Shown: positions 9,373-17,658, numbered from the stretch's first letter. The stretch: DNA of 32,000 bases from Opitutales bacterium (GCA_965219535.1 CBDCNV010000001.1:1410001-1442000), one strand, 5' to 3'. The notes: generated by a model not told the origin, from the letters alone. Numbers and translations are program-made.

Positions 9373-10443
9373 ATGAAGATAGAAAACCCCATAATTGATT
9401 TGCATGAAAACGCGCGTGAATATTACGGCAAGCAACTGAAGACTAATGAAGATCTCAAGACCAGTGCCTGCTGCAGTATTGACTCAATTCCACCTCACCA
9501 TCGGCAGTATCTGAAAAAAATTGACGATGAGATTATGGAAAAGTTTTACGGTTGCGGTTCACCTATTCCTCCTGCTCTCAAGGGTAAAACAGTTCTTGAT
9601 CTTGGTTGCGGCAGTGGGCGGGATAGCTATTTGCTCTCCCAGCTTGTGGGTGAAAAGGGATATGTCATTGGGGTGGATATGACGGATGAACAACTGGATG
9701 TGGCAAAAAGCCATCGGGACGGACAAATGGCTCGATTTGGTTATAGTGAGGCGAATGTCGATTTTCGGAAAGGGTATATTGAAGATCTTACATCAGTAGG
9801 GATTGCTGATAATACAATCGATGTTGTTACTTCTAATTGTGTCATCAATCTTTCCCCCGATAAAAAGACCGTATTTTCAGAGATCTTTCGAGTGCTTAAA
9901 CCTGGGGGCGAGCTCTATTTTTCCGATGTCTATGCTTCGCGCCGCCTGCCTGAAAGTTTAAAAAACGACCCTCTGCTTCACGGTGAGTGCCTGGGGGGTG
10001 CGCTTTATATTGAAGACTTCAGACGTATCCTCCGGGATTTGGGATGCCTCGATTATCGCATGGTTAGTGGCAGAAAACTTACATTCGATGATCCTGAAAT
10101 TCGAGCGAAAATTGGTAACATCGAGTTCTTTTCCCATACTATTCGGGCTTTCAAGCTTAACACGTTAGAAGATATTTGTGAAGACTATGGCCAGGTTGTC
10201 CGCTATCTCGGCAACTTGGAAGAATCGCCGCATGCTTTCGAATTGGATGACCACCATGTTTTTGAAGCGGGTAAACTTATTCCCGTTTGTGGCAACACAA
10301 CTTCCATGCTTCAGGAAACGCGCTATTCAATATATTTTAAAGTTGTCGGTGATCGATCAATTCACTTCGGAGAATTTACCTGTGGCCCCTCAGATTCAAG
10401 CAGTGATCGAGACGACAATACAACCAGCGGCAGTTGCTGTTAA
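9373..10443 (+). CDS. arsM: Arsenite S-adenosylmethionine methyltransferase (ArsM-like) with a C-terminal extension
   Basis: SAM motif VLDLGCGSGRDS. Cysteines sit at the positions expected for ArsM (KTSACCS, SNCVINLSPDK, HGECLGGALY). About 90 extra C-terminal residues end in SGSCC. Confidence 0.75.
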   Translation: MKIENPIIDLHENAREYYGKQLKTNEDLKTSACCSIDSIPPHHRQYLKKIDDEIMEKFYGCGSPIPPALKGKTVLDLGCGSGRDSYLLSQLVGEKGYVIGVDMTDEQLDVAKSHRDGQMARFGYSEANVDFRKGYIEDLTSVGIADNTIDVVTSNCVINLSPDKKTVFSEIFRVLKPGGELYFSDVYASRRLPESLKNDPLLHGECLGGALYIEDFRRILRDLGCLDYRMVSGRKLTFDDPEIRAKIGNIEFFSHTIRAFKLNTLEDICEDYGQVVRYLGNLEESPHAFELDDHHVFEAGKLIPVCGNTTSMLQETRYSIYFKVVGDRSIHFGEFTCGPSDSSSDRDDNTTSGSCC

Positions 10444-10524
10444 AGAGGGAATCAGCATTCAGTGAGTGAGTTTTTTGGGTCAGGCTTACACCCTGGATGG
10501 GTGTGTCAATCATTATAGATGGTT

Positions 10525-10600
10525 GGAAGAATGGATGATAACTGAAGGTAATTCCAATCCATTCAATCATCCAACCTTCCACTATTCCTCTCTTTTTGGA
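10525..10600 (+). terminator. Possible terminator or structured element after arsM
   Basis: GGAAGAATGGATGAT (10525..10539) pairs with ATCATCCAACCTTCC (10566..10580) at 13 of 15 positions, with a 26-nt loop. A CTCTCTTTTT run follows about 12 nt later. Confidence 0.3.
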
Positions 10601-10685
10601 AGACGCCGACTAAAAGGTGCACGCTGTTTAAAAATATCCTTGTCTGAATGCCTTACTGAAGTTGACTCTATTGATCCTTAAAGTG

Positions 10686-11744
10686 ATGGATTGTCTAAAG
10701 CGTGATTCGATCATATCCGAACGTCTAAAGCGACAAAGACTTACTGTTCCTCTTCGCAGTGAGGGAGAGTTTAAGGATTTATTTGAACTACTGCAACCAG
10801 TAGCACCGATAGCTTATTCTTATCCGGGAAGCCCGCCCAGCCTCATCTATCGTACTGTCTTCGACGACGAATCGGTTGCCGATGAATTGAGAGCAGAGCG
10901 CATAATTGTTAAAGGGCGATTTACCGGAAGTTCTGTAGGCTATGTCTTGGCAAAAGATTTAGAACTCTACGCTAATGCATTTTGCAAACCTCTTAAAAGT
11001 AATAATAGCATTCATGAGGAAATTATCGAAGCGATAAAAACCCTGGGTGCTACATCACCGAGACTCATTCGAGAAGAAACAGGGTTACTCAATAAAAGGA
11101 TGATGCCAGCACTCCATCGTCTTCAAGAAGCATTTCTCGTCTACGAGGATCAAGTGGATGATAGTTGGGATCGAGCCTGGAATATTTTTGATAAGGAAAG
11201 GCCTGAGATTAAAATAGATGAGAGTGGAAAACAGACTGCGATTATCGAAGTAGTACGACGTTTTCTTAAAATCCATGTTCTCGCTACATTTGAACAATTG
11301 AAGGATTGGTCGGGCTTATCTATTAAAATCTTAGAGAAAGTACTGCATAAAATGGAACTTGATGGCCAAATAGTAATGCATCAATGCAAAGGGTTAGGTG
11401 AAGGTTGGTTAAATGCTCAAGATAACAAAATAAAGAGCCAGACGATTCAACCGTCAGTATTTATGTTCCATAAAATGGATATTTTAGTCAGATCTCATGC
11501 TTCAGAATTAAAGCGTAAATTTGGCGATCGAGAAGTATTGCAATACTTGCTTATCGATGGGGCATTTCAAGGAGCAGTGATTGGTCATTGGCGCATGGGT
11601 CCACACGACGTTGACGACATTCATTTAACTCTACCGGCGGGAAAAAAAAGTGATTTAAAAGAAAAGATTTTAAATGAAGTTGGAAAACAATATCACCCGC
11701 CACAGAGTAAAATATTGAATTATGCGGGAAAAAAAATTTGCTGA
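10686..11744 (+). CDS. Winged-helix DUF1006/HTH_42-like protein (YcaQ/AlkZ DNA-glycosylase superfamily)
   Basis: The N-terminal pattern RLKRQRL..PL....F.DLFELLQPV....then ...RIIVKGRF.G.SVGYVLAKDLELY matches the order of conserved blocks recalled for YcaQ/AlkZ. The track ORF starts at TTG 10662. I prefer ATG 10686 (MDCLKRD). Confidence 0.45.
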   Translation: MDCLKRDSIISERLKRQRLTVPLRSEGEFKDLFELLQPVAPIAYSYPGSPPSLIYRTVFDDESVADELRAERIIVKGRFTGSSVGYVLAKDLELYANAFCKPLKSNNSIHEEIIEAIKTLGATSPRLIREETGLLNKRMMPALHRLQEAFLVYEDQVDDSWDRAWNIFDKERPEIKIDESGKQTAIIEVVRRFLKIHVLATFEQLKDWSGLSIKILEKVLHKMELDGQIVMHQCKGLGEGWLNAQDNKIKSQTIQPSVFMFHKMDILVRSHASELKRKFGDREVLQYLLIDGAFQGAVIGHWRMGPHDVDDIHLTLPAGKKSDLKEKILNEVGKQYHPPQSKILNYAGKKIC

Positions 11745-11928
11745 TGGGCGGGATCCTCAATGAGCTGACGATCGAATGCGATTGAGCCTGATAAGCATTA
11801 GGATAAAATTCGAGACACCCCGTTTTTAAAACGAGGGAAAGGCGACGAATATTCGCGAGCTTAGGATAATTACATGATAATAAAACTGATCAGTTGAAAT
11901 CTTTCTCTCGATTGTTTAGACGTTGGCT

Positions 11929-13065
11929 ATGCAAAAAATTCAAGTCTCCACTTATGATGGTCCAGAGACAAAGCCAAAAATAAATACTGTTTCTCGGCCG
12001 AAAATACCGGATCGAGCCGCGTTGATTCGAATTGAAGCTTGCGGAGTTTGTGGCACTGATCTTCACATTCTCCGGGGACACTGGCCGAAACCTCTCCCCT
12101 GGCCATTAACTTTAGGGCATGAGCTTGCCGGAATTATCGAAGAGAAGGGGAGTGCTCTGGAAGCTGATTTCATGGGGCAGTCACTGGCGATAGGAGACAA
12201 GGTTATGCTACCACCATTGATGCCCTGCGGTGAATGTTACTATTGTGTCCACTACCCAACACAGTCGAACCGCTGTTTGAATCCCACTTATTATGGGCGA
12301 TATATTCCATTCAAAAAACCCCCGCACCTGTGGGGTGGTTGGGCAGAAATGGTTTATGTTGATCTCGAGATGTTTCCAGCTACTAAGATTTATCGATTAC
12401 CCGACGATATGTCCCTTAAACTAGGATCGCTCAGTGAGCCATTGACCTCTTGTGTGCGCGCCTTTAATCGCGCCGTGTCTGCTGGAGGTTTTCGTGTCGG
12501 AGACTCAGTTGTTATTCAGGGCTCAGGCCCGATTGGCGTTTTAGCTTTAGTGACAGCACAGGAAATGGGAGCGGGTCGGGTCATTGTTGTCGGAGCACCG
12601 GAAGAACCGCGACTTGTGCTATGCCGCGATTTTGGAGCCAAAGCGACGGTCTCGATAGATGACTATAAAACACCACAATCCCGAATCGATGCGGTTCGCG
12701 GTATAATCGGCGGATTCGGTGCTGATCTTGTGATCGAGTGCAGTGGTCATCCATCCTCCGGACCTGAAGGTATTGAAATGCTCCGCGATGGCGGGAGCTA
12801 TGTCGAGATGGGACAGTTTACGGATGCGGGTTCGATAGAAACAAACTGGCATCGCTTTTGCGTCAAGGATGTAAATATCCTGGGAAGCTGGGCATTTACA
12901 GCCAATGATATTCCATTGGCGATTAATCTGCTTCAACGAGTAAAGGATCGTTACCCGTGGGACTTGATACAGATGGAATTTCCGTTTAGTGAGGAAGGGA
13001 TCTATGAAGCGACACAAGCGGCGATGGAGATGCGTTGTGTAAAAGCGACAATTATCCCCGCTTGA
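11929..13065 (+). CDS. Zinc-dependent medium-chain alcohol/polyol dehydrogenase
   Basis: Catalytic-zinc motifs GVCGTDLH and GHELAG, a structural-zinc cluster CGECYYCVHYPTQSNRC, and a Rossmann motif VIQGSGPIG. I prefer ATG at 11929 over the track's TTG at 11923. Confidence 0.85.
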   Translation: MQKIQVSTYDGPETKPKINTVSRPKIPDRAALIRIEACGVCGTDLHILRGHWPKPLPWPLTLGHELAGIIEEKGSALEADFMGQSLAIGDKVMLPPLMPCGECYYCVHYPTQSNRCLNPTYYGRYIPFKKPPHLWGGWAEMVYVDLEMFPATKIYRLPDDMSLKLGSLSEPLTSCVRAFNRAVSAGGFRVGDSVVIQGSGPIGVLALVTAQEMGAGRVIVVGAPEEPRLVLCRDFGAKATVSIDDYKTPQSRIDAVRGIIGGFGADLVIECSGHPSSGPEGIEMLRDGGSYVEMGQFTDAGSIETNWHRFCVKDVNILGSWAFTANDIPLAINLLQRVKDRYPWDLIQMEFPFSEEGIYEATQAAMEMRCVKATIIPA

Positions 13066-13082
13066 ATGGATATGCAGATTGT

Positions 13083-13655
13083 TCAGGTCGCGCCATTTAA
13101 ACCCAGCGTATGGGCGACTGATTTCATTCCCTCGATTACATTTTGAATATGCTGACTGATTTCGATGCCGAGTTCTTCTGTCCCAAGTATAATATCATCT
13201 CGGTTTATGGTGCGTGCAAATGACTTGTCCCTCATTTTCTTTTTCACCGACTTGACGCTGAGCGAGTGGAGGGAACGATCCGGCCGTACCAGCGTTGCCG
13301 CGTAAATTAAACCGCACAGCTCATCAGATGCAAATAACACTTTGGCCAGATTTGTTTTTCGATCAACACCTGAATAAGTGGCATGACCAAGAATAGCTTC
13401 AATAATTAAATTCGAGTAACCGAGGTCTTCCAGAATTTTGCAACCGACAAAGGGATGTCCGTCCTTGTCTAAATTCGGGTATTGCTCGTAATCGAAATCA
13501 TGAAGTAACCCCGTGATACCCCAAAGCTCTTCATCTTCACTGAAGTGCTGTGCATACCAGCGCATGGCAGCTTCAACAGCTATAGCATGCTTAATAAGGC
13601 TCTCGCTTTTTGTATGTTCGGTGAGAAGAGTGAAAGCCTCGTCACGTGTTTTCAT
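13083..13655 (-). CDS. HD/HDIG-domain metal-dependent phosphohydrolase
   Basis: H...HD motif (HAIAVEAAM ... GLLHDFDYE) in a 190-aa single-domain protein. Confidence 0.8.
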   Translation of the reverse strand: MKTRDEAFTLLTEHTKSESLIKHAIAVEAAMRWYAQHFSEDEELWGITGLLHDFDYEQYPNLDKDGHPFVGCKILEDLGYSNLIIEAILGHATYSGVDRKTNLAKVLFASDELCGLIYAATLVRPDRSLHSLSVKSVKKKMRDKSFARTINRDDIILGTEELGIEISQHIQNVIEGMKSVAHTLGLNGAT

Positions 13656-13679
13656 GGATAGGGATCATGGCTGGCCTTG

Positions 13680-14093
13680 CTACGGCGCCGTCCAGATAAC
13701 CTTCCCCTTCTTGTCGTAGAGCGTCAATTGATGAATATCTTTTACCTGCCAGAGCGAAGTGCGCGTTATGTAATTTTCGTCTTTAAAGGTGAGGGTAGAG
13801 CCGTCCTTAAACTGACCTAAACTGGTACTCACACGCCCATTTTCATCATAAAAAGCCAGTTCCGCTCCCTCTCTCTGCTGTAGAAGCGAGACGTGAATAT
13901 TACCTTCTTTATCCACGAGGTGGATACGCTCCGCCTCCAGAGTTTTGAAATTCAACTCTCCTACGCGTAAGGAATAGAGCGAACCAAAAAGTGCGACTGC
14001 ACCAAAGATAACAATTAAGAGAGAACTTATAATCAGCCACTGTATATAGTGCTCTAATTTTTTAATTCGTAATTCAAGATTTTGGGTTTCCAT
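13680..14093 (-). CDS. Single-pass membrane-anchored protein with four short beta-hairpin-like repeats
   Basis: One TM segment (WLIISSLLIVIFGAVALFGSLYSL) is followed by the repeats RIHLVDKEGNIHVSLL, ELAFYDENGRVSTSLG, TLTFKDENYITRTSLW and QLTLYDKKGKVIWTAP. I prefer the internal ATG at 14093 (METQNLE) over the track start at 14183, which overlaps the upstream gene. Confidence 0.6.
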   Translation of the reverse strand: METQNLELRIKKLEHYIQWLIISSLLIVIFGAVALFGSLYSLRVGELNFKTLEAERIHLVDKEGNIHVSLLQQREGAELAFYDENGRVSTSLGQFKDGSTLTFKDENYITRTSLWQVKDIHQLTLYDKKGKVIWTAP

Positions 14094-14163
14094 AACTAAT
14101 TCTTTTTTTTTGTGATGAGATATGAAATTAAAATTTTTTATAAGTTTATAATCCGAGATCAAT

Positions 14164-14529
14164 TTATTGGTCATAGACGACAAACGTACCGTCAGATTTA
14201 CTGATTGAAATGGAAGTAAATCCGACAGTTATGGGAAAGAGGGCGGTATAAGCTTCTCCCGCCACAGCCTGAGGCACTAATTTCATAAACAGAGTCGGGT
14301 CAGATCCGATAAGATCAGTAAGTATCGCAGATGTTGTCCCTTCGAGAATGAAGTACTGATCCGCAGCGGATGCGATCTGCCTGAGATTATTTCGAATGGC
14401 CTTTTCCTGTGAATTTATTCGGACTTTATTGAAGGCTGGAATCGCCAACGCAGCCAAAAGACCGATGATGACGACGACAATCATTATTTCAACGAGAGTG
14501 AATCCTTGTATTACAGATTTATTATTCAT
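14164..14529 (-). CDS. Prepilin-type N-terminal cleavage/methylation-domain protein (type II secretion pseudopilin / type IV pilin-like)
   Basis: Classic GFTLVEIMIVVVIIGLLAALAIPAF N-terminus in a 121-aa protein. Confidence 0.85.
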   Translation of the reverse strand: MNNKSVIQGFTLVEIMIVVVIIGLLAALAIPAFNKVRINSQEKAIRNNLRQIASAADQYFILEGTTSAILTDLIGSDPTLFMKLVPQAVAGEAYTALFPITVGFTSISISKSDGTFVVYDQ

Positions 14530-14676
14530 AATATTCTCCTTTGTCTTTTTAGAATAAAGATAATTGCATTATATATATAAAACAGATTCTAATGTTAATA
14601 TAACTAATTGCAAATATATAGCCTTTGGTTATTTTATATATTTTTAAAATAATATAGCTATCAACGAACTACGAAT

Positions 14677-15051
14677 ATGAAGCGTGTTTATATTGTCGAA
14701 GATGATTCAGATAGTGCGGCGCTCGTTAAAGAGATTCTCTCCCTTGATTTTGAAATCGAGCTTTTTTCCAACGGAGGAGATTTATTAGCTTATTTGAATC
14801 AACCCGATACTGTTGCACCCGATCTTTTTCTTTTGGACATCAGTTTGCCTGGAATGGATGGAGTGACACTCTTAAATAGGATACGCACAGATTATTTATA
14901 CGGCGATGTTCCCGCGCTTGCTTTAACGGCACATGCAATGAAAGGTGATGAAGAATCTTTTCTGAAAGCAGGATTTAATTCTTATATGAGCAAACCCATA
15001 ATTGATATCGACGGTCTCATCCAAAAGGTAAACAGCATTATCGAGGGGTAA
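14677..15051 (+). CDS. Single-domain response regulator (CheY-like receiver)
   Basis: An acidic pocket (VEDDSD) and the phospho-acceptor context DLFLLDISLPGMDG. It is 124 aa with no output domain. Confidence 0.85.
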   Translation: MKRVYIVEDDSDSAALVKEILSLDFEIELFSNGGDLLAYLNQPDTVAPDLFLLDISLPGMDGVTLLNRIRTDYLYGDVPALALTAHAMKGDEESFLKAGFNSYMSKPIIDIDGLIQKVNSIIEG

Positions 15052-15189
15052 ACTCACAGGCTTATAAAGGGACCATTGCAAGTAGCAGTTGGTATCCGCC
15101 ACGGGTGAGGAATACAACATTTAGAGGGTATAGTGATGTATTCAATTAGATCAAGTTAAGCGTTTGATCAGCCTGATCTCTGGGTAAAT

Positions 15190-15211
15190 CATACACTGAC
15201 AACAGTGTATG
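15190..15211. terminator. Perfect 9-bp hairpin between the convergent response-regulator genes
   Basis: CATACACTG-ACAA-CAGTGTATG. There is no flanking U-run, so the terminator role is only tentative. Confidence 0.3.
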
Positions 15212-15274
15212 TAACATGATTATTCCCGCGTGGGATGCTTTACATCACTGGCGCGTGATGAAACAGAAACTGGA

Positions 15275-15694
15275 TTAAAGTTTACTGCTAAACTTATGTT
15301 TGTGAAAAACAGAACTAAAATAGTGATCCCCACGCGTGACTTTTTTAATCGCGTAAACAATCTCCTCAATTCTTGACCCTTTAATCATATGACCATCCGC
15401 TTTTCCTTGTAGGGTAATTTCAATGGTCTTTTGATCATTCTGTTCTGAATATAACATTATTTTTGCTTGTGGAAGATTGGTTTTAATAAAATTTAAAACT
15501 TCATCTCCGTCAGCTTCAGGTAAATTAAAATCCAGTATAAAAAGGTCAGGTTCAAGAGCGATACCATCTTTCATTGCTTGCTGACCATTGTTCGCTGTTC
15601 CTATAACTTCGTGTCCAAGGATACATTCCTGGACAATAGTCTTAAGCATTTCGAGAAGATGAACGTTTTCTTCTATGATATAAATTTTTTTCAT
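15275..15694 (-). CDS. Single-domain response regulator (receiver only, short C-terminal tail)
   Basis: Phospho-acceptor context DLFILDFNLPEADG. It is 139 aa with no recognisable DNA-binding domain. Confidence 0.85.
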   Translation of the reverse strand: MKKIYIIEENVHLLEMLKTIVQECILGHEVIGTANNGQQAMKDGIALEPDLFILDFNLPEADGDEVLNFIKTNLPQAKIMLYSEQNDQKTIEITLQGKADGHMIKGSRIEEIVYAIKKVTRGDHYFSSVFHKHKFSSKL

Positions 15695-15927
15695 TAGCTA
15701 AGACCTAATATAAGAATAGCATTCTAATTCATATTTTAATCGATCCAATAAAAAAATGTAACAAATCTCTACCTCGAGGCAATAGGTTAGAGGGGTCGTT
15801 AGGTGAAAATTAGAGTGATAAATAAGGGATTCAATGTGATAATCTAATGGAGTAAGACTATAGGTGTACCAATAAGCAATTAGGTTTAACTTGAAAGACG
15901 AAATAATTGAGGTTTAAATTTAATGTC

Positions 15928-16149
15928 CATTTGAAAAATATACCCGAAATCTTACTTAGTGAATTGTAAAATAATTGTAAAATTCTTAAGGGTATTCTAC
16001 ATGACCCCCGATCGTGATGAATAATCATACCTATTTCTTGCGGTGAGGGCATTTGAAAAATATACAATCTTAGTGAATTTATATGTAAAATTAGGGTATT
16101 CTACATGACCCCCGATCGTGATGAATAATCATACCTATTTCTTGCGGTG
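15928..16149 (+). repeat. Tandem duplication of a roughly 100-120 bp non-coding unit with a perfectly conserved 57-bp core
   Basis: Unit A spans 15928..16049 and unit B spans 16050..16149. Both begin CATTTGAAAAATATAC, have indel-rich AT-rich middles, and then share an identical 57-bp core (15989..16045 equals 16093..16149): AGGGTATTCTACATGACCCCCGATCGTGATGAATAATCATACCTATTTCTTGCGGTG. Confidence 0.9.
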
Positions 16150-16231
16150 GCTACAATCTTTATATGATTAGGATATAGTTTTAAACGGTGACTTTATAAT
16201 CGGTTTGTCGACCAGGTATTTTTCGATAAAG

Positions 16232-16687
16232 ATGAAGCGTTATCAATTAATTTTAAAAGGGGTATGCTTATTCCTGTCCTTATATTTTATCGGTGGACTG
16301 CTATCAGTACTGACACCAAGGCATGAGATCTTTCCCGTTTTTTCTTGGTTTCTGTTTCCGATTACTCCGAATCCTGATACGAAGTTTGCTCTGCGATTAC
16401 ATGAGGTTGCGGGAAAGAGACTAGAGCAACCCCGTTATTATGAAAAGGCTGAAGGCATCGTTAACGAACCCAGGTCAATAAAAGTCTATCAAATGGTACA
16501 AGAATTGGGTAAAGCTGAAGAGCGGGACGATAGAGCTGAGATAACACGTATTCGTTTTATATTGGAAAAAAATTATGTTCTCACCCCCTGCCGATACGAC
16601 TTGCTGGCTGTGACCTACGATCCGGTGAAACGTTGGAAAACCGGTCTTATGCAAGAAGAAACGGTTACCACATACCAAGTGCCTTAG
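16232..16687 (+). CDS. Small N-terminally membrane-anchored protein, possibly SdpA-like
   Basis: A TM segment (GVCLFLSLYFIGGLLSVL) is followed by IFPVFSWFLFPITPNP. It is about 150 aa from ATG 16232, whereas the track uses TTG 16205. Its stop codon lies 5 nt before the next gene's ATG. Confidence 0.5.
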   Translation: MKRYQLILKGVCLFLSLYFIGGLLSVLTPRHEIFPVFSWFLFPITPNPDTKFALRLHEVAGKRLEQPRYYEKAEGIVNEPRSIKVYQMVQELGKAEERDDRAEITRIRFILEKNYVLTPCRYDLLAVTYDPVKRWKTGLMQEETVTTYQVP

Positions 16688-16692
16688 AAATA

Positions 16693-17658
16693 ATGGATAA
16701 AGGGTGGAAGAGCATCTACAGGTTTTTTTCTGCCCCAGATACGGCGGATTGGGTGACCACGCTGCGCATGCAAAATCCCGCATACACTGTGGCTAAGGTC
16801 CTTATTCGGGTCTTTTATGGATTTCTTCTTTATTATGCCGCAATCATTCACCACCTCTGGGACTACTACCACAATATATTACCCACCGATCTTTTGTGGC
16901 CAGTGATTTGGCTTAATGCTTTGGAGGATCCCATTATCGGTGTACGACTAATACTCGTAGGAGGTTTTATTGCAGCATTAACGGGAGCACTTTTCTGTGA
17001 AATCCGATGGGCGCGCGTCATGGTTTTTATTGGTCTACTCGAATATCTGGGGTTAAAATATTCCTATGGTGGTAGTATCGGTCACGGCATGCATCTTTGG
17101 CTGATCTTATCATTTATCCTAATATTTCTTCCAATAGATTGGGCAAAGACGGGCAAAGTTCCCCGGCTTACAGAGCAGATGACTTTGCGTCTCTATTGGT
17201 GTTGCCAAGCTCTGGTAATGTTAACTTTCTCAATGTCTGGTTTGGGGAAATTAGGGGGTGCGATATACCAGATATTTATCGGTCAAATCCATTTGTTTCA
17301 CCCCGATGCACTTGCTCTGCACATCGCTGAAAGATTATTACAGAATAACACAACCAGCCTGATGGGAAACTGGTTCATCGACCATTCACTGTGGGGGATA
17401 CCGATTATGGTGGTTACTCTCTATCTCCAACTATTTGCTATTTGGGCGGCATTCAGGCCGTCACTACATCATCTGTGGGGTTTCGGTCTGATCCTTTTTC
17501 ACATCGGGACTTCGCTGACTTTATCCATTAATTTCACTTTTAGTATTTTCTTGATAGCGCTGCTGTTCCTTTACAGTCCATTTAAACCAGAAAATGTTAA
17601 CTGGCAGAGCGTGTTGAGCGATTTACCCCTTTTCGGGTTCTTTTATCGCAAACTATAG
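16693..17658 (+). CDS. Polytopic membrane protein, HTTM-domain / SdpB-like
   Basis: About 321 aa from ATG 16693, with many hydrophobic segments. The N-terminal NPAYTVAKVLIRVFYGFLL and mid-protein GGSIGHGMHLWLILSFILIFLPIDW resemble blocks recalled from HTTM/SdpB-family proteins. The assignment is from memory, not from an HMM. Confidence 0.45.
   Translation: MDKGWKSIYRFFSAPDTADWVTTLRMQNPAYTVAKVLIRVFYGFLLYYAAIIHHLWDYYHNILPTDLLWPVIWLNALEDPIIGVRLILVGGFIAALTGALFCEIRWARVMVFIGLLEYLGLKYSYGGSIGHGMHLWLILSFILIFLPIDWAKTGKVPRLTEQMTLRLYWCCQALVMLTFSMSGLGKLGGAIYQIFIGQIHLFHPDALALHIAERLLQNNTTSLMGNWFIDHSLWGIPIMVVTLYLQLFAIWAAFRPSLHHLWGFGLILFHIGTSLTLSINFTFSIFLIALLFLYSPFKPENVNWQSVLSDLPLFGFFYRKL

Noticed and set aside
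10466-10681. 71-aa GTG-initiated ORF between arsM and the winged-helix gene
   Set aside because: It has no SD and an odd composition. It spans the 15-bp imperfect hairpin, so it is more likely non-coding terminator or spacer sequence.
15858-16067. 69-aa minus-strand ORF in the duplicated intergenic region
   Set aside because: It is composed of low-complexity AT-rich sequence plus one repeat core. The second repeat copy terminates the same frame after 13 codons, so conservation acts on the DNA or RNA and not on this protein.
15928-16149. Tandem known riboswitch (for example glycine, guanidine-II, fluoride or preQ1)
   Set aside because: None of the consensus cores that I can recall for these classes is present. 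The element is therefore reported as unclassified rather than named.
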